DNA of 64,000 nucleotides from positions 29,884,001-29,948,000 of the forward strand of contig CM120642.1 of assembly GCA_051362555.1 (NCBI GenBank). Direction: 5' to 3'. Below, piece after piece: positions 39,835 through 53,300 of this stretch. A program made the position numbers and the translations under genes. The number at the start of each line of letters is the position of its first letter. The first letter of the stretch is position 1. Below the pieces are notes generated by a model. That model searched no databases. It was not told the origin of the DNA and was given only the letters and a program-made list of their open reading frames with translations. The DNA comes from Lingula anatina (Eukaryota; Animalia; Brachiopoda).

Positions 39835-42800
39835 ATGATGTCTGGTGTTGAAATACCACTTATAGACTTTTCAGGGTGCGCAATAAACAAAGTGCGCGAG
39901 GAAGAAAATCTGAAACAAGCAGGGCAGCAAATTATCAATGCTTTCGAGACAGTTGGATTCTTCAACGTTGTCAACCACGGAATTTCGGAAATTGAGGTAT
40001 TGTAGCCTGCATTTCAACGCCTGCCACCAATAAAATTTCCTGCAGATCAGTAGATTTGTTTTAGAACATGTGAATTTAGTGGACAATAATGGCCAGTAGA
40101 TTTTTTCATAAAAATTACCCCTTTCCAAAATCTTCCTGTAATATATTGCACTCAGTAAATACACCAATTTAAAAGGTTCCCTTAATTCCAACCAGTTTCC
40201 TTCTCAGGCTCCTCTTCTGATGATGTGTCTGGGGATTTTTATGTATGTTGACACAATTTCAGCCTTGAGCTTCAAGTGTTTTATATTTTGATAGATAAGC
40301 GAAAGCGAGCAGCTGTGACACCAAGAGATAAATACATTGCCTTAATAGTAATAATTTGCTTAGGTTGCAGATATTTTCAAGATATCAGAAGAATTTTTTG
40401 CATTGCCTACAGAAGTAAAAGTGAAGCACAGAAAAGCCAAAGACAGCAACCATGGGTATGTGGAACTGGAGAGAGAAGGGTAAGGAAATCATAATCTACT
40501 TTTTTGAATGTTTATTTAATTATTTATTATTTATTGATATAATTACTTCGCAATAGTTAAGACATATATTCAAATTTATTAGGGTACGTTGTCTGTGAAT
40601 GTATAATGTCTTAAAGTCATTTGATTTTGTTAGTTTTGATACTTAAATATGTTTTCATATTTTTAGCTTAAATCCAGAAGAGAGGCCATCAGATCTTAAG
40701 GAGTCGTTCAATTTTACTCCCAAAAGTCAGAACAAAGTAGGTTATGAAATAAAGGCAGTAATTTGATTAGCTGATCTTTTATTAAACAAAAAAGCATACC
40801 ATTCATAGAATGATAGTATTAGTATATTTTTAACTGATTATTACCATAATATTATTGAGATACACATTATTTTAAAAATATTATTTATTTAAAAATATGT
40901 CATCTTTCTTTGTTTTTAACATACATGTAGTGCCAAACTCAATGCAGTTTAATAGTGATAGATAACAGTGGAGTTTGTTGTAATTCATTTATATAAATAA
41001 ACATTTTATAAATTGGAAAATGTCATATTTTTACTTTTATTGACCAAATCAGTTTCTTATTTATTTAATTAGTACCACCAGCGTGTACGCTGGCGGTACT
41101 CATGGTTTTAGTCCCGACCCGTCTCGTCCGGCTCCGCCGGCTCCGTTGGCTCCGCCGGCTCCGTTGGCTCCGCCGGCTCCGCCGGCTCCGCCGGCTCCGC
41201 GTACTGGCGCCGGATACAAGTCACCGTTACCGCTTCTCCTCCTAGACCGCAATGACCCCTGTCCCCATCTCTTGGATTTAGGTCACATATAACCTCAACT
41301 TGAACCCCCAGGTTTTTTTGTCTCAGTCGGTGCATTGACCTGGGCGTGACGCTAGTTGAAATGCACCCTTGTCAAAATTTTTGAAAATTCAATGCCAATT
41401 ATCTACCCTACGGAAGGAATTATGGGAAAATTTTCTACAGACGGCTTTCCAAAAGTCATATGTGTAGATTTCAAATATGCCCTTGGATTAGATCTTTGAC
41501 CCTTATTTCAAGGTCAAATGGGCCAAAATTTTCAAAAAAATGAAATTTTTTACGAAAAAAAATATTATTTGCACTGTTATTCAGACACTACACAGACTTA
41601 ACCAATAATTATATTGGAAAGTGTTACCCTTTGGGTCATCTTTCATCTCCATGAATTTGGGGTCAATCAGTGCATTTTCACGGGAGTAGCGGCCATAAAA
41701 TATGTAACTCAGAATTGTAACATTTAGTCCCTTATATCTCCAAAACTGGCAGAGATAGGTCAATAGTTATTATTTAAGTTGAATAGGAAGTCATTTACTT
41801 GCAATCTAGATGTGACCTTGAAATTGACCTTTGACCTACTTTTCACCATGAACTGAACTTTGCAAATTTTTGTTCCCTTTTATCTCCAAAACTGGCAGAG
41901 ATAGGTCAATAGTTACTATTAAAGTTGAATAGGAAGTCATATACTGGCTATCTAAGTGTGACCTTGAAATTGACCTTTGACCTACTTTTTACCATGAACT
42001 TAACATTGCAAATTTTGGTTCCGTTTAATCTCCAAAACTGGCAGAGATAGGTCCATAGTTACAATTGAGCTTGAATAGGAAGTCATTAGAGGCAATTTAC
42101 TCTGATCTTGAAATTGACATTTGACCTACTTTTCATCATGAATTGAAGTTTACCAATTTTCGTTCCCTTATAATTCCAAAACTGGCAGAGATAGGTCCAT
42201 AGTTTCTGTAAAAGTTGAATAGGAAGTCGCATACTGGCAATTTAACAGTGACCTTAAAATTGACCTTTGACCTACTTTTCACCATGAATTGAACTTTGAC
42301 AATTTTCTTTCCCTTTTATCTCCAAAACTGGCAGAGATAGGTCTATAGTCACTATTGAATTTGAATAGGAAGTCATATACTGACAATTTACTGTGACCTT
42401 AAATTTGACCTTTGACCTACTTTTTACCATGAACTGAACTTTGCAAATTTTTGTTCCCTTTTATCTGCAAAACTGGCAAAGATACACCCATAGTTACTAT
42501 TGAATTTGAATAGAAAGTCATTAGAGGCAATTTATTGTGACCTTAAAATTGACCTTTGACCTACTTTTCACCATGAATTGAAGTTTACAAAATTTTGTTC
42601 CCTTATATCTCCAAAACTGGCAGAGATAGGTCCATAGTTACTATTGAACTTGAATAGGAAGTCATATACTGGCAATCTAAGTGTGACCTTGAAATTGACC
42701 TTTGACCTACTTTTCATCATGAATTGAACTTTGCAGATTTTCTTTCCCTTTTATCTCCAAAACTGGCAGAGATAGGTCCATAGTCACTATTGAACTTGAA

Positions 42801-45800
42801 TAGGAAGTCATATACTGACAATTTACTGTGACCTTAAATTTGACCTTTGACCTACTTTTAACCATGAACTGAACTTTGCAAATTTTTGTTCTCTTTTATC
42901 TCCAAAACTGGCAAAGATATGCCCAAAGTTACTATTGAATTTGAATAGAAAGTCATTAGAGGCAATTTATTGTGACCTTAAAATTGACCATTGACCTACT
43001 TTTCACTATGAACTGAACTTTGCAAATTTTCGTTCCCTTATATCTCCAAAACAGGCAGAGATAGGTCCATAGTTACTATTGAACTTGAAAAGGAAGTTAT
43101 ATACTGGCAATCTAAGTGTGACCTTGAAATTGACCTTTGACCTACTTTTCATCATGAATTGAACTTTGCAGATTTTCTTTCCCTTTTATCTCCAAAACTG
43201 GCAGAGATAGGTCCATAGTTACTATTGAACTTAAATAGGAAGTCATATACTGGCTATCTAAGTGTGACCTTTAAATTAACCTTTGACCTTCCTTTTACTA
43301 TGAACTGAACTTAGCAAATTTTTGCTCACCTTTATCTTCAAAACTGACAGAGATAGGTCCATAGTTACTATTAAACTTGAATAGGAAGTAATACACTAGC
43401 AATCTGTGACCTTGAAATTGACCTTTGACCTACTTTTGCATGTTTTCTGGCCTTTAAATCTGCAAAATTGGCAAAGAAATGCCCATGGTTGCTATGGAAC
43501 TTGAATAGAAATTCATATACTATGATATTGAAATTGACCTTTGACCTACTTTTTCACCATGAACTTAGCTTTGCATATTTTCTTGCCTCTCATATCTTTA
43601 AAACTAGCAGAGATGTGCCCATGTTTCCCATAGGTTTTCTCTTTTGTCAGCATATATGCACCATTGACAACACATTTCAAGGAAAACCAATAGGCCTTTT
43701 GTCTAGAGAATACAGTAGTGATCAAGGGTAGGAAAATGCAAGTCAATTCGAAAATCTGCTTGATTGTACCATTTTTAGTTATATTTTTTTGCATATTTTG
43801 AGAACTCTTGTTGATTGCATCTTATAGAGCTTGTCAAACACAAGACTGGTGATGGTGTCCCTTTTAGGAGGGGGGGGGGGGCATACAAATGCGCTTACTC
43901 CAGCTGGTGGTACAATATCCGGAGGCGGTATCGCCTCTCTGATCCTCTAGTTAAAACAAACTTTTGTTTCTAGCCATGGCCTGATGAAGAGCTTCCAAAA
44001 TTTAAGACAACTTTTGAGAAATTCTGGGACCTTTCCAGTCAATTAACATTGAGGATATTAGAAGCCATGGCCTATGGATTAGACTTGGTCAGAACTACTG
44101 GCTTTTTAACACTTGGGTGTTTGCAATTTTTTATACACTACTACTTTTCGTAAGATAAGGTTACAGATTGTGTTCAGAAGTGGAAAAAAATTTTTGATAA
44201 TATATTCGATTATCCATAGAATAATTTAACTTGATTTTTGATGTTTAGTATTTATGGACACTGGAACTTTTTTGTGATTTTTCTTCTAAGCAGAAAAATA
44301 ACAGTACTTTGCAAATTGCCATAACACAAATTGTCCTTATTGTAAGATTTGTAGTTAATTTTATTTTCATTTCTATAATATGTTAGGAGCCACAGTATCT
44401 AGTGAATACTCACCAGCTGCTGGGCAAGGATGGCAATGCCTCTACACTGAGAACAATGTATTATCCAGGTAGACTACCTACTGTATACACTGAACAAAGC
44501 CATTGAAGAGTGAATGTTTTTAATCATCTAAGAGGATTAGAATAGAAGGATAAAATAGAATAGGCACTCAAGACTTTTGCTAGCTGTGTGTCAGTAAATC
44601 AGATGGCCAGTCCATCCAGGCCATTATTTAGTGAAAGGTCTTGGGTTGAGGGTGGGTGGAGGCTGCAACTTCAGTTCGTTGCTAAATGTAAGTTCCACAA
44701 TTGGGATTTATACATAATTTTAATATTAACCAGTGATGGTTAGAAATGCAACCGACTTGCAGGTCTGGCATATTTCTGGCTTTGTTTTGCCCAGTCCTGG
44801 GATTGTTTGGAATCCATGGCAAAAGATCCTGTATGTGATTTGGCTGCTGTATAATAGTTTGTGCACAATGTTCACTGCATGTTATTTTATTAATATCTAT
44901 TGTTAAGCCCTTGCTCAAGCGTAGTTTAGGGAGTTTGATTTTTGTATTGTACTGCTGTATTTCTTAAATTTATTTAGATTTTTAAGCATTGACTTTGTAA
45001 GAAGTTTTTTTAGTTGGTTTATTTATATTTTAATTACTACTTTACTATAGCCATCATTGTATTCGAATACACCAGCTACACAGTGGTAAGCATTTTGTTA
45101 TACTCAATCTTAGTAATTTAGTTTTCTATTTGTTCTACATCCCCTTACACTTAGGTGTGCCTAGCGCTGCCTCAATAAAAGCAAACCAAGTGAGGTGTGG
45201 AGAACATTCTGACTTTGGGTCCATAACACTGGTGTACCAGAGAGAAATGGGAGGTCTTGAGGTGAGTGGCTTCCTGTAGGGACCATTCGTAATGAATTTT
45301 GTTCACCTAGCCAATGTGCACTAACTTCACAAGGACTCTTGCCAAATGCAATCAGATCAACAGACTAACACACCTCTTGTTTCCAATGTACTTACATAAT
45401 CACCAGCTTTTCTGTATTCTACTCAAAGTGAGGAGGAGGCATGTTAACCTGATTGCATTCAGCAAGAGTCCTTAAGTATGGAGTTCTTGTGTATTAGCTA
45501 AATCAACAGTGTAGCAGATATGTGTGCTTTTTTGTAGTTGGAAATTTGTAGTCAAAGATTTGGTCAATTACTTTCCAGTTTTACACCAATAAGCATACAA
45601 TATTAGGCCGTATATTTGCTTCTCAAATTTGACATACTAGTTAAACTACCTACTCCTGTAGTGACATTTACAGAGTTATAAATTATATTAATATAAGTAG
45701 TAACCATATGAGGTTTTACTCACAATTTGCTACAAAATTCCTTGATTTTTTCCTGATATCCAGGTACTAACTCATGACGGCCGTTACACCCCAGTTCCAT

Positions 45801-46792
45801 ACATTCCTGGTGCTATAGTTGTTAACATAGGAGATTTAATGCAGAGATGGGCTGCAGACAGACTCATAGCTGCTGTAAGTATTCAATAGACGTAGGCACA
45901 TCAGGCCTGTAGCCATGGGGGGGGGGGTTTCAAAAGAACCACCCCTTTTGCTGGGAAAAGGTCCACTCTGGGTAAAGTTTGATCTAGGTACATGAAGTTT
46001 TTATGGAAAAAGTTCCACTTCTTCAGAACCCCCCCTTTTGAAATTTCTGGCTAAGGGCCTGCACATACTTGTGTATCAAGGGTTTCCCCAGGATTTCCGG
46101 TACAAGGTGTCCAAAAGGTTGATGTGTAATTTGGTCACTCATATCTAGGGAGTCCAACTACAAATATACTATCATTCTCCAATGTTTCTTAAGCTGTCTT
46201 TGAAAATATAGGCCTTCTTTTGATGCCAGTGGCTGTCCAAATGATGGCTGGACAGCTCTCTGGGGAAAGCCTTGCTGTACATGTGTGTTTACATATTTTA
46301 GTGCTACAGGGGTATTTTGTGTGGATGTCAATGAAAGAAATATACTGGTATAAACACTTTTTTACATTGCATACATTATGATACAGTTTTATATATTTCA
46401 GTTGTGTTGTCTTGCAGGTGGTTTACTTTGTTTAAGAACTTCTTTTAACTTTTAAATTATGAAAATTAAGTTAATTTTCAGCATTTGACATTGCTTTTAG
46501 CAAACTTTAAAAAAATCTTTGTCAAAAATTATGTTACTAATTTAATTTTGTGAATATCTTATAAATTAAAAACCGTTATCTCTTTCACTTTCAGAAGCAT
46601 AGGGTGCTATTCCCACAGGACCAGGAGTTACTCTCTAAAGCTCGACAGTCAATTGCTTTCTTTGCTCAGCCAGACGATCAGGTGATGATCACGTGCCTGG
46701 ATGGCTCCAACAAATATGAACCAATCGGTGCTCTCGACTACCTGAATATGCGCTTTGGTGCAACTTACATGGACTTGGCAAAAGGACAGTGA
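39835..46792 (+). CDS. 2-oxoglutarate/Fe(II)-dependent dioxygenase (DIOX_N plus 2OG-FeII_Oxy, IPNS-like), 319 aa
   Basis: Exons 39835-39996, 40364-40479, 40667-40736, 43974-44087, 44387-44468, 45155-45261, 45764-45874, 46595-46792. Motifs IPLIDFS, GFFNVVNHGI, DLKESF, HSDFGSITL (HxD), VVNIGDLMQRW, KHRV (distal His), RQSIAFF (RxS). Confidence 0.93.
41071..43950 (+). mobile_element. Non-autonomous Helentron-type element (HINE) with a ~145-bp satellite array
   Basis: 5' subTIR GTACCACCAGC (41072-41082) with adjacent inverted copy (41089-41099), GC-rich 9-mer CCGGCTCCG minisatellite (~41128-41200), tandem array, 3' subTIR GCTGGTGGTAC (43903-43913), hairpin GAGGCG-gtat-CGCCTC (43922-43937), CTAG-TT end, T-rich insertion site. 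Confidence 0.85.
41730..43620. repeat. Tandem satellite, 144-146-bp monomer, about 13 copies
   Basis: Anchor CTCCAAAACTGGCAGAGATAGGTC recurs at ~41738, 41884, 42030, 42175, 42320, 42465, 42609, 42755, 42900, 43044, 43190, 43336. Confidence 0.95.
45305..45502. mobile_element. Palindromic MITE, same family as 55113-55363
   Basis: AAGGACTCTTGCCAAATGCAATCAGATCAACA ... TGTTAACCTGATTGCATTCAGCAAGAGTCCTT inverted repeat, sharing its core with the MFSD6-intron copy. Confidence 0.65.
45902..46061. mobile_element. Short MITE with CAGGCC..TAGCCA termini
   Basis: TIRs CAGGCCTGTAGCCA / TGGCTAAGGGCCTG, flanked by direct repeat CACAT (45897-45901 and 46062-46066). Confidence 0.65.
46077..46274. mobile_element. 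Short MITE with 15-bp TIRs
   Basis: CAAGGGTTTCCCCAG ... CTGGGGAAAGCCTTG (1 mismatch). No clear TSD. Confidence 0.55.
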
Positions 46793-48106
46793 AGCTTACC
46801 TGGTAGGAATGAATATGCAAAGTGTGATATATATGCAGGCATAATGATATCCTTTTTTTACCTTCTGGTCAATTATTGAAAACATCTTGAAGTCTGCAGG
46901 TTATTTAAGACCTTTAGTTTAATACATACCATGTACAGGCATGGCTATTTTTGCTAGAATATGAATGCTTTTATCTAATATTTCATGGCTCAGGGAAACT
47001 TTTTTTACAAAATAAGGAATGACCCATTCCTGGAATTTATGAAAAATCTGATCATACTTTTCAAATCTTTAAAAATTGTTAATTCATTGTGTACTGAATG
47101 TTTATTAGAATTCAATCCGTAATCCTTTTATACAGTGGTGTAGAGATGTTTTTGTACTACTCTGTATTTTCATTTACTTAAAGTATAATTAAATTTATAA
47201 TTAGTTTTATAATTAGATTCATATTTTAAAATTTTAAAACAAAGGCATAAATCAGTGATGAATGGTTTATTTTTTGCTTTCAACAATAATATAGCTTAAT
47301 ATATTTTAATAAAATGGGAAAAAGGGATACAATTATAAGGTTAGGGTGTACCCTGTCATAGGCACACAGCTGTAAGGGATGTAGGAAAAATGACATTTTG
47401 AGTGCTGGAGCATGGGCTCTTCAATTCTGTACCATGGAATCATGAGACGGTCGTTTCTTCACAATGGCTGCACTATAAATGGACCAAATGCAATAAATAG
47501 ATTGAATGAAGGTATTTTATATAATATTTTCTCTTCTTTTTATTAAAATTGTGTGCTGCACGTTTCTTCTGTTAAAACCCCACAGTGAATAGCTTATAAT
47601 TAAAACCACAATCTTGAGATTAAAAAGATTTCGATTGACTTGATCTCCTGTCATACAGAAAGGGGATCGACAACATTGATAAAAGTAATTAGAATTAAAA
47701 AAAAAAAAGTGGCAGTTAAAGCATAAGTGATATGTCAATTTCAAGAGGCACCAAGCAAGAACAACATATCTTAAGTACATATTATACTGCAGTACAAATG
47801 CACCTGTTTAACAAAAGTCATAAAATGCTTTCAAGTACTTAGTGTTTCCTTTAATTAAGATGCGCGAGACCCCTGTTCTTTGGTTTTAAGTTTCACATGA
47901 GTTCGCATGTTGTACATTAATAAAGCACAACGATAAAATTTGGAACATTGATATTCCCTAGTACGTTCGTACAAGGGTGGCCGGCTCCTCTATACTAATA
48001 CACTGGTTGTGTGATTGCGTTGGAGATGTTCAACTAACGCAATCACTAACTGGCTATTGTGTTCGTATCACAATCAGTGCACATCATATATTGCCTAATA
48101 ATAATT

Positions 48107-50362
48107 TCATTTATCTGTCACCTCACCAGTCCTTAACTTTCGTCGCATAACAAGTTCAGGAGATATTTTTCTCCTGTCATAAACTTGGCCAAAAACGGCC
48201 ATGAGATCTAAGAAAGCAGTCGTGAGATTTAAACAATTACGCCATCCGAATTCGCTGGTGGAATAGTCATGAGGAAAAGTGTGATGGAAGTTATGGAATC
48301 CTTCTCCTATCGCTCCAAATGCTACCATTCTGTTTTCTCTAGGGTTGATGTTTTTGTCATACGGTCTGTTTCCGTATAAATGTGCGGCGCTATTGACCAG
48401 CCACGTCGCATTTAGTGCCGCACAGTACCGCAAGAGGGCGCATATGACGTAGGCAACCCAAATACTCTCGCCCCAGAAGTACCACGGAACCACCGTGGGG
48501 AGTATGAAACAGAACAGCAGAACAGATGGGTAGTAAAACCTGCAAGAATTAAAATAATTTCATGTTTGAATTTCATAGATATGAATAAATACCAGTTATA
48601 AAAATCCGCTACGATTGATAAAACTCGTCTCTCATATATGCATCTTTATGCATCTAAGAAGTAGCAGCTAGTATATGAATACACCAATTTATGATTCAAC
48701 CTTCACGAACCTGCACGAAATAGTATAATAGATTCAGCTGCGGGTTTGGAATATACATAAAATATATATTGCCCTCACGATCTATCGCCCTTTTTAAAGG
48801 AGATTTACGTCTTTATTTCATTCAAAAAGATCAAAAACACTACGCACCACTATTAATTTTACATAATTTCACACAATGACTAATAGCACTAAAACTCCTT
48901 ACGTTCAAGTACATTACACCATGAAAGTATATATGCTTCCATGGTTACACCCTGGCAAATAATATATTCACATTCGTCACTAAATTGATAAACAAAATCA
49001 TGACTTCTTACTTTCTTTGATAAACGCACACAGGATCAGCGTAAAGGTCGCTTAAGTCAATCTGCTTCCCCTTGGTTTTGACATCGGGATGTTTTCTCAC
49101 CAACAACCAGCCGATGTGCGCGAAGAAAAACCCGCGTAACGCGTTGTGGGGGTCTGCGTCCGTCTCCGAGTACTTGTGATGCACTCTGTGATCTCGGACC
49201 CACTCAATGATATCGTTCTGGAATGAAAAAAAGGGAAAGTGTTTGACCATAAATTCTACTTTTCTACTTGTACTTATAAGCCAATGTGCTTTGATACAAG
49301 TCCGTCCCTCCCCCCCCCCCCCCCCCCCCACCCACCCCCGGCTCACCTCCCGCGCGCGAGAGAGAGAGGCGATCGTTTTTTACGCTTGCTATATTAAAAT
49401 ACAATACAACATCGAAATGAAACATTACTTTTTAATCTTGCATTATTTACTTCGATGTCGGTATAGATGTTTTACCTGGAAAGCCAGAGATTGTAGACAA
49501 GCGAGGAAGGTCCTCAGAGGTAGTCTGGCCTTGTAAGACCGGTGAGACCACAGTCTGTGAGCACCTGCCGTGATGCCCATGGCGCTTCCTATGTACAGCA
49601 AGATGGCTGGAAGGTCAAGTCAATAGATCATCAATGTTAATTACTTGATCAAAACATTGGTCCCCTTCACACGCATGAGTAGCATAGTAGCCTCTACCCT
49701 TTCAGTAAAGTGGACATGCGTTTTAATCGTCATTTTCACAAGCTAGACAGACCGTGAGTCAATTGGGGGGGGGGGGGGGGGGGTTAATGCCCTTTGTACG
49801 CTTTTGGAAAAAGATAAAATGATGTATGATCGGAATGGCTAGGGTGTCATTTTTAGATTTTTACCTTGTACTCTCTGAAGGGGTGGGGTCTGGATAAAGT
49901 CTACTCTTTGTACACTTGTGAAAGTGATGATAAAATGGATGACCCCCTAATCCAGCATGACGTATTGTGGTCACATATGTTAAATGATTTGTCTTCCGCA
50001 AACTGAGAAACGGACAGATAAAAAAACCCATATCACAACCAAATATTGGATAATCTGAGACTCTGAGTTAGTTTTGAGTTCTTACTGAGAATGAATAATT
50101 AAGAAAATATCAATTCTTTGAAAAATTATGACAGGTCTACACACACGTTATACTTACCAAAGGCAATTGTGAGGAGTTTTGCTTGGGGAATGAGGAAAAT
50201 GCCATAGACTGCCGAGATATGAAGTAACGAGAAAAGAACCACGTTCCTCCAAACAATTCTAATCGGCACTTGGACTTTTGGCTCTTCTTCTACAGCCGCT
50301 ATATCATCGTAGAGTTCACCGACGGGTACAGGAGACGCATCAACCAGGTTTCTGGGAGCCAT
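48107..50362 (-). CDS. SCD: Acyl-CoA delta-9 desaturase (stearoyl-CoA desaturase), 324 aa
   Basis: Exons 50362-50158, 49606-49476, 49217-49012, 48539-48107. Motifs IVWRNV, His boxes GAHRLWSH, DHRVHHK and GFHNFHH, DADPHNA.RGFFFAHIGW, TWLVNSAAH. Confidence 0.96.
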
Positions 50363-53300
50363 GTTACTACTATTCCGCTTCCTGGAGTTAAAGGTTTAGG
50401 GATTTATTCCAATATTGGTTTAAAATAAAATTTAAATTAAAATAAAATGAAACAAAATTTAACAAAGGAAAGAAGGCATCTAACCCAAAAATAAAATTTG
50501 GCATAACGCAAGGTTAGCTGAGAAAAGTCTTAATCCCAAAATTGTATGGTGAACTGAACTACTATCATCTTGGTTTCTTTTCAAAATAAGTATTTCCAAA
50601 GAAAAACCTCAGGTTGTTTTAAACATAAGTATGCACTATCTACAATCAATATGAAAATATATATATATATATAAAACACCTGTTACCAAGTTCCCATAAA
50701 CAATCCCGTAGAAATGTTTAAAGCCTGATGTGGTTTTCAAACAACAATGTCTTCGACTGCGCGTTTTCGATTAAAATAACAGAGAAGCGCAGTGGTTTTA
50801 TATATATACTGTAGATGTGTTTATCAAACTTTGGACCCGAGTGTATTTATGGGTCCATGATTAATAGATCTTGCACCGGAAATTATGGCCCTAGATGTCT
50901 TATATCTACCAATTATTAATGTTTTCCTGAAATCAGATTGAGGAAGATTCGGTAGAACGCCGTAGGTATGTAGTATATAAGCGTGTTGTTTACACAAAAG
51001 GCCTTCACAATCACTCACTGCGTCATAAGTGTACAGCGAGCGGCTATTTTTAGTATCTGTGACTGCATTTACATGTCAGAGATCGATTTATGAAGTAATA
51101 ATAGGGTCATGGGCGAAAAACAAACGTCGCGCTTGACCACTGATGGACCATCACAAAGAATGTCACGCGAGAGAGACATCAGTCTGAACGAGCTACGAGT
51201 TAGTGACGTCATCTATATGTCAATTTATAAATAAAAACATATCAGCCCAACATAAGGCAGTGTGGAAATGCAAGCATAAAATATTTATTGTCTTGACTTA
51301 TATTAATACCACTTTCTACTGTATCGTATTCGGCACAGTGCATTTTAACCGAGCCATAAAACTGCTCCTGCATTAAGTGACAAAAATTTATACAGCCTTG
51401 AATTATATATTTTTCTCTCATATAAAAATACTGGCTTCGCCTGCGGGTGAGCATTTACTGTTATTTAGAAAACATGAATATTTTGTAGAGTATACACGAG
51501 TATACAGGGTGTAGGCCTACATATGAACCAACGTACTTAATTTCTACTTTAAACGTCTTGCTTAAAAATTACATATAGATGACCGCAGTTTTCTTAATGA
51601 TACCGATCATGCTGGCATTGTTATAAAGAATCACAACAAAAACAGTGAATAAGGCCGTAAGGCCTCGTTGACCAAATACTTAATCTATATCACAATATAC
51701 AAGAGGCGACATTTAGGCCTACCTGTTATATTATCTCGATTTTTTCTTAGCCTTATCCACCTGTCGCAAAGGCTCCTGCTATCGTCGAGTGCTTTCAATC
51801 TACACGTGGAGCAGCTACTGGTACTACGTCGTATAATGCAATAATTTCACCGCAGACACATGACGTGTTAGGTGGCGTGACTCATGATCACAATCGGCAG
51901 ATGAACACGTGGGTTTATGGATTTCCGGAAAGGGCTTATTTTTTTAACTGTTGCTTCACTTTATTGTGCTTTTATTAAATGTAGTCCTATTTATATAAAT
52001 TGCTTACTTATTATTTTTTAAAAATGCCATTGTCACAATACAATAATAACAAATTTTACTGGTTTTAATGTTCAGGGTATACCTGAGTGTCAGAGAAGAA
52101 TTTCATCAGCTGTGTTAAGTTATAATAATGAAGATGTCCTGATAGACATCGAAATATTGGAGGTTAAAACTATCTCAGTATTAGCTGTTGACTGAAGAAA
52201 AAATCAAATCATTATTAAACCTGAGTGCTTTTTGCCTATTCACTGAGACGATAATGAGCGCGTAGCCTACAGTGACGAACTGCATTGTTACTCGTGCTTA
52301 TTTTCAAGCGTCACAGTATCAAGTTGTTATAGTACTACTAGTAGTGCTCACTTAAACTGATTAACACAATGTTTAAAATAGTAAGAATTTACAAGGTTCC
52401 TTAATGGTGTACATTACTTGCCTAGCTAGTAAATTGGACTTTTGCCCGGACAAAACGGATGTATGTCTTCTTGTGTTAATACAGACTTTACCATGCTTAC
52501 ATGTCTTGTGATTTGTGGACACGCTCACATAATATAGAAGCCGACAAAGCACATAGAAACTGATTTATAAATAATTGATTCATATACCAACATCCATGAA
52601 TAAAAAACGACGCGGCGCGGTGTGATGTAATATATAAGCTACTACTGTGCTTGTAAGATGAAAATAATTCTAAATAGTTCACTTTTGATTGGCCTATCCT
52701 CAAAATGTAAATTTCAATATTGAGATAGACTTACTGCCTACATGTATGAGCTACTAGTAAATGTCTCTTTATCATTAATACTGCTGTCAACATAAGGTTA
52801 ATTGATGTTTGAAAAATGTTATTTTATTTTATTTCATGATTGTTATTTTGCCAAAATGTAGCCTACATGTCATGGGCGACACAATCAGAGTGACCTAGAT
52901 AGTTATAATTTAATACATCAGGGGAGTGACTGTAAAATGAAAGCATTGGTAACACGCGCGACCTTTTTTTTTCTTTTTGTTTGTTTTTTCTTTTTAAGCA
53001 CGAACATATTTCTGAGTTTAGTGTCTAGCATTAATAACGTTATTAATACGTTAGGCCAAAAATGCATGTGTCAGATGCATATACGGATTTTTAACGTTTT
53101 CACTACTTCAAGCTGACATTTTCTTCTTTCAATAATTTATTATAAAATACGACCTGTTTTACTGAATGCATTTACAAGTCTCAGACCATATGACCATCTT
53201 TATCATCTTTATCTACGCCGGGAACCGGACATAGGCAAAAATCTTTATTCGGAATCATCTTGAAATTGTTACTCTAGCGATCTCATACCACATCTGTAAG

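Noticed and set aside
41083-41335. Pro/Ala-rich and EPA-repeat ORFs
   Set aside because: Translations of the 9-bp minisatellite at the HINE 5' end.
41730-43620. CRISPR-like regular repeats
   Set aside because: Whole monomers are repeated with no unique spacers, in a eukaryotic intron with no cas genes.
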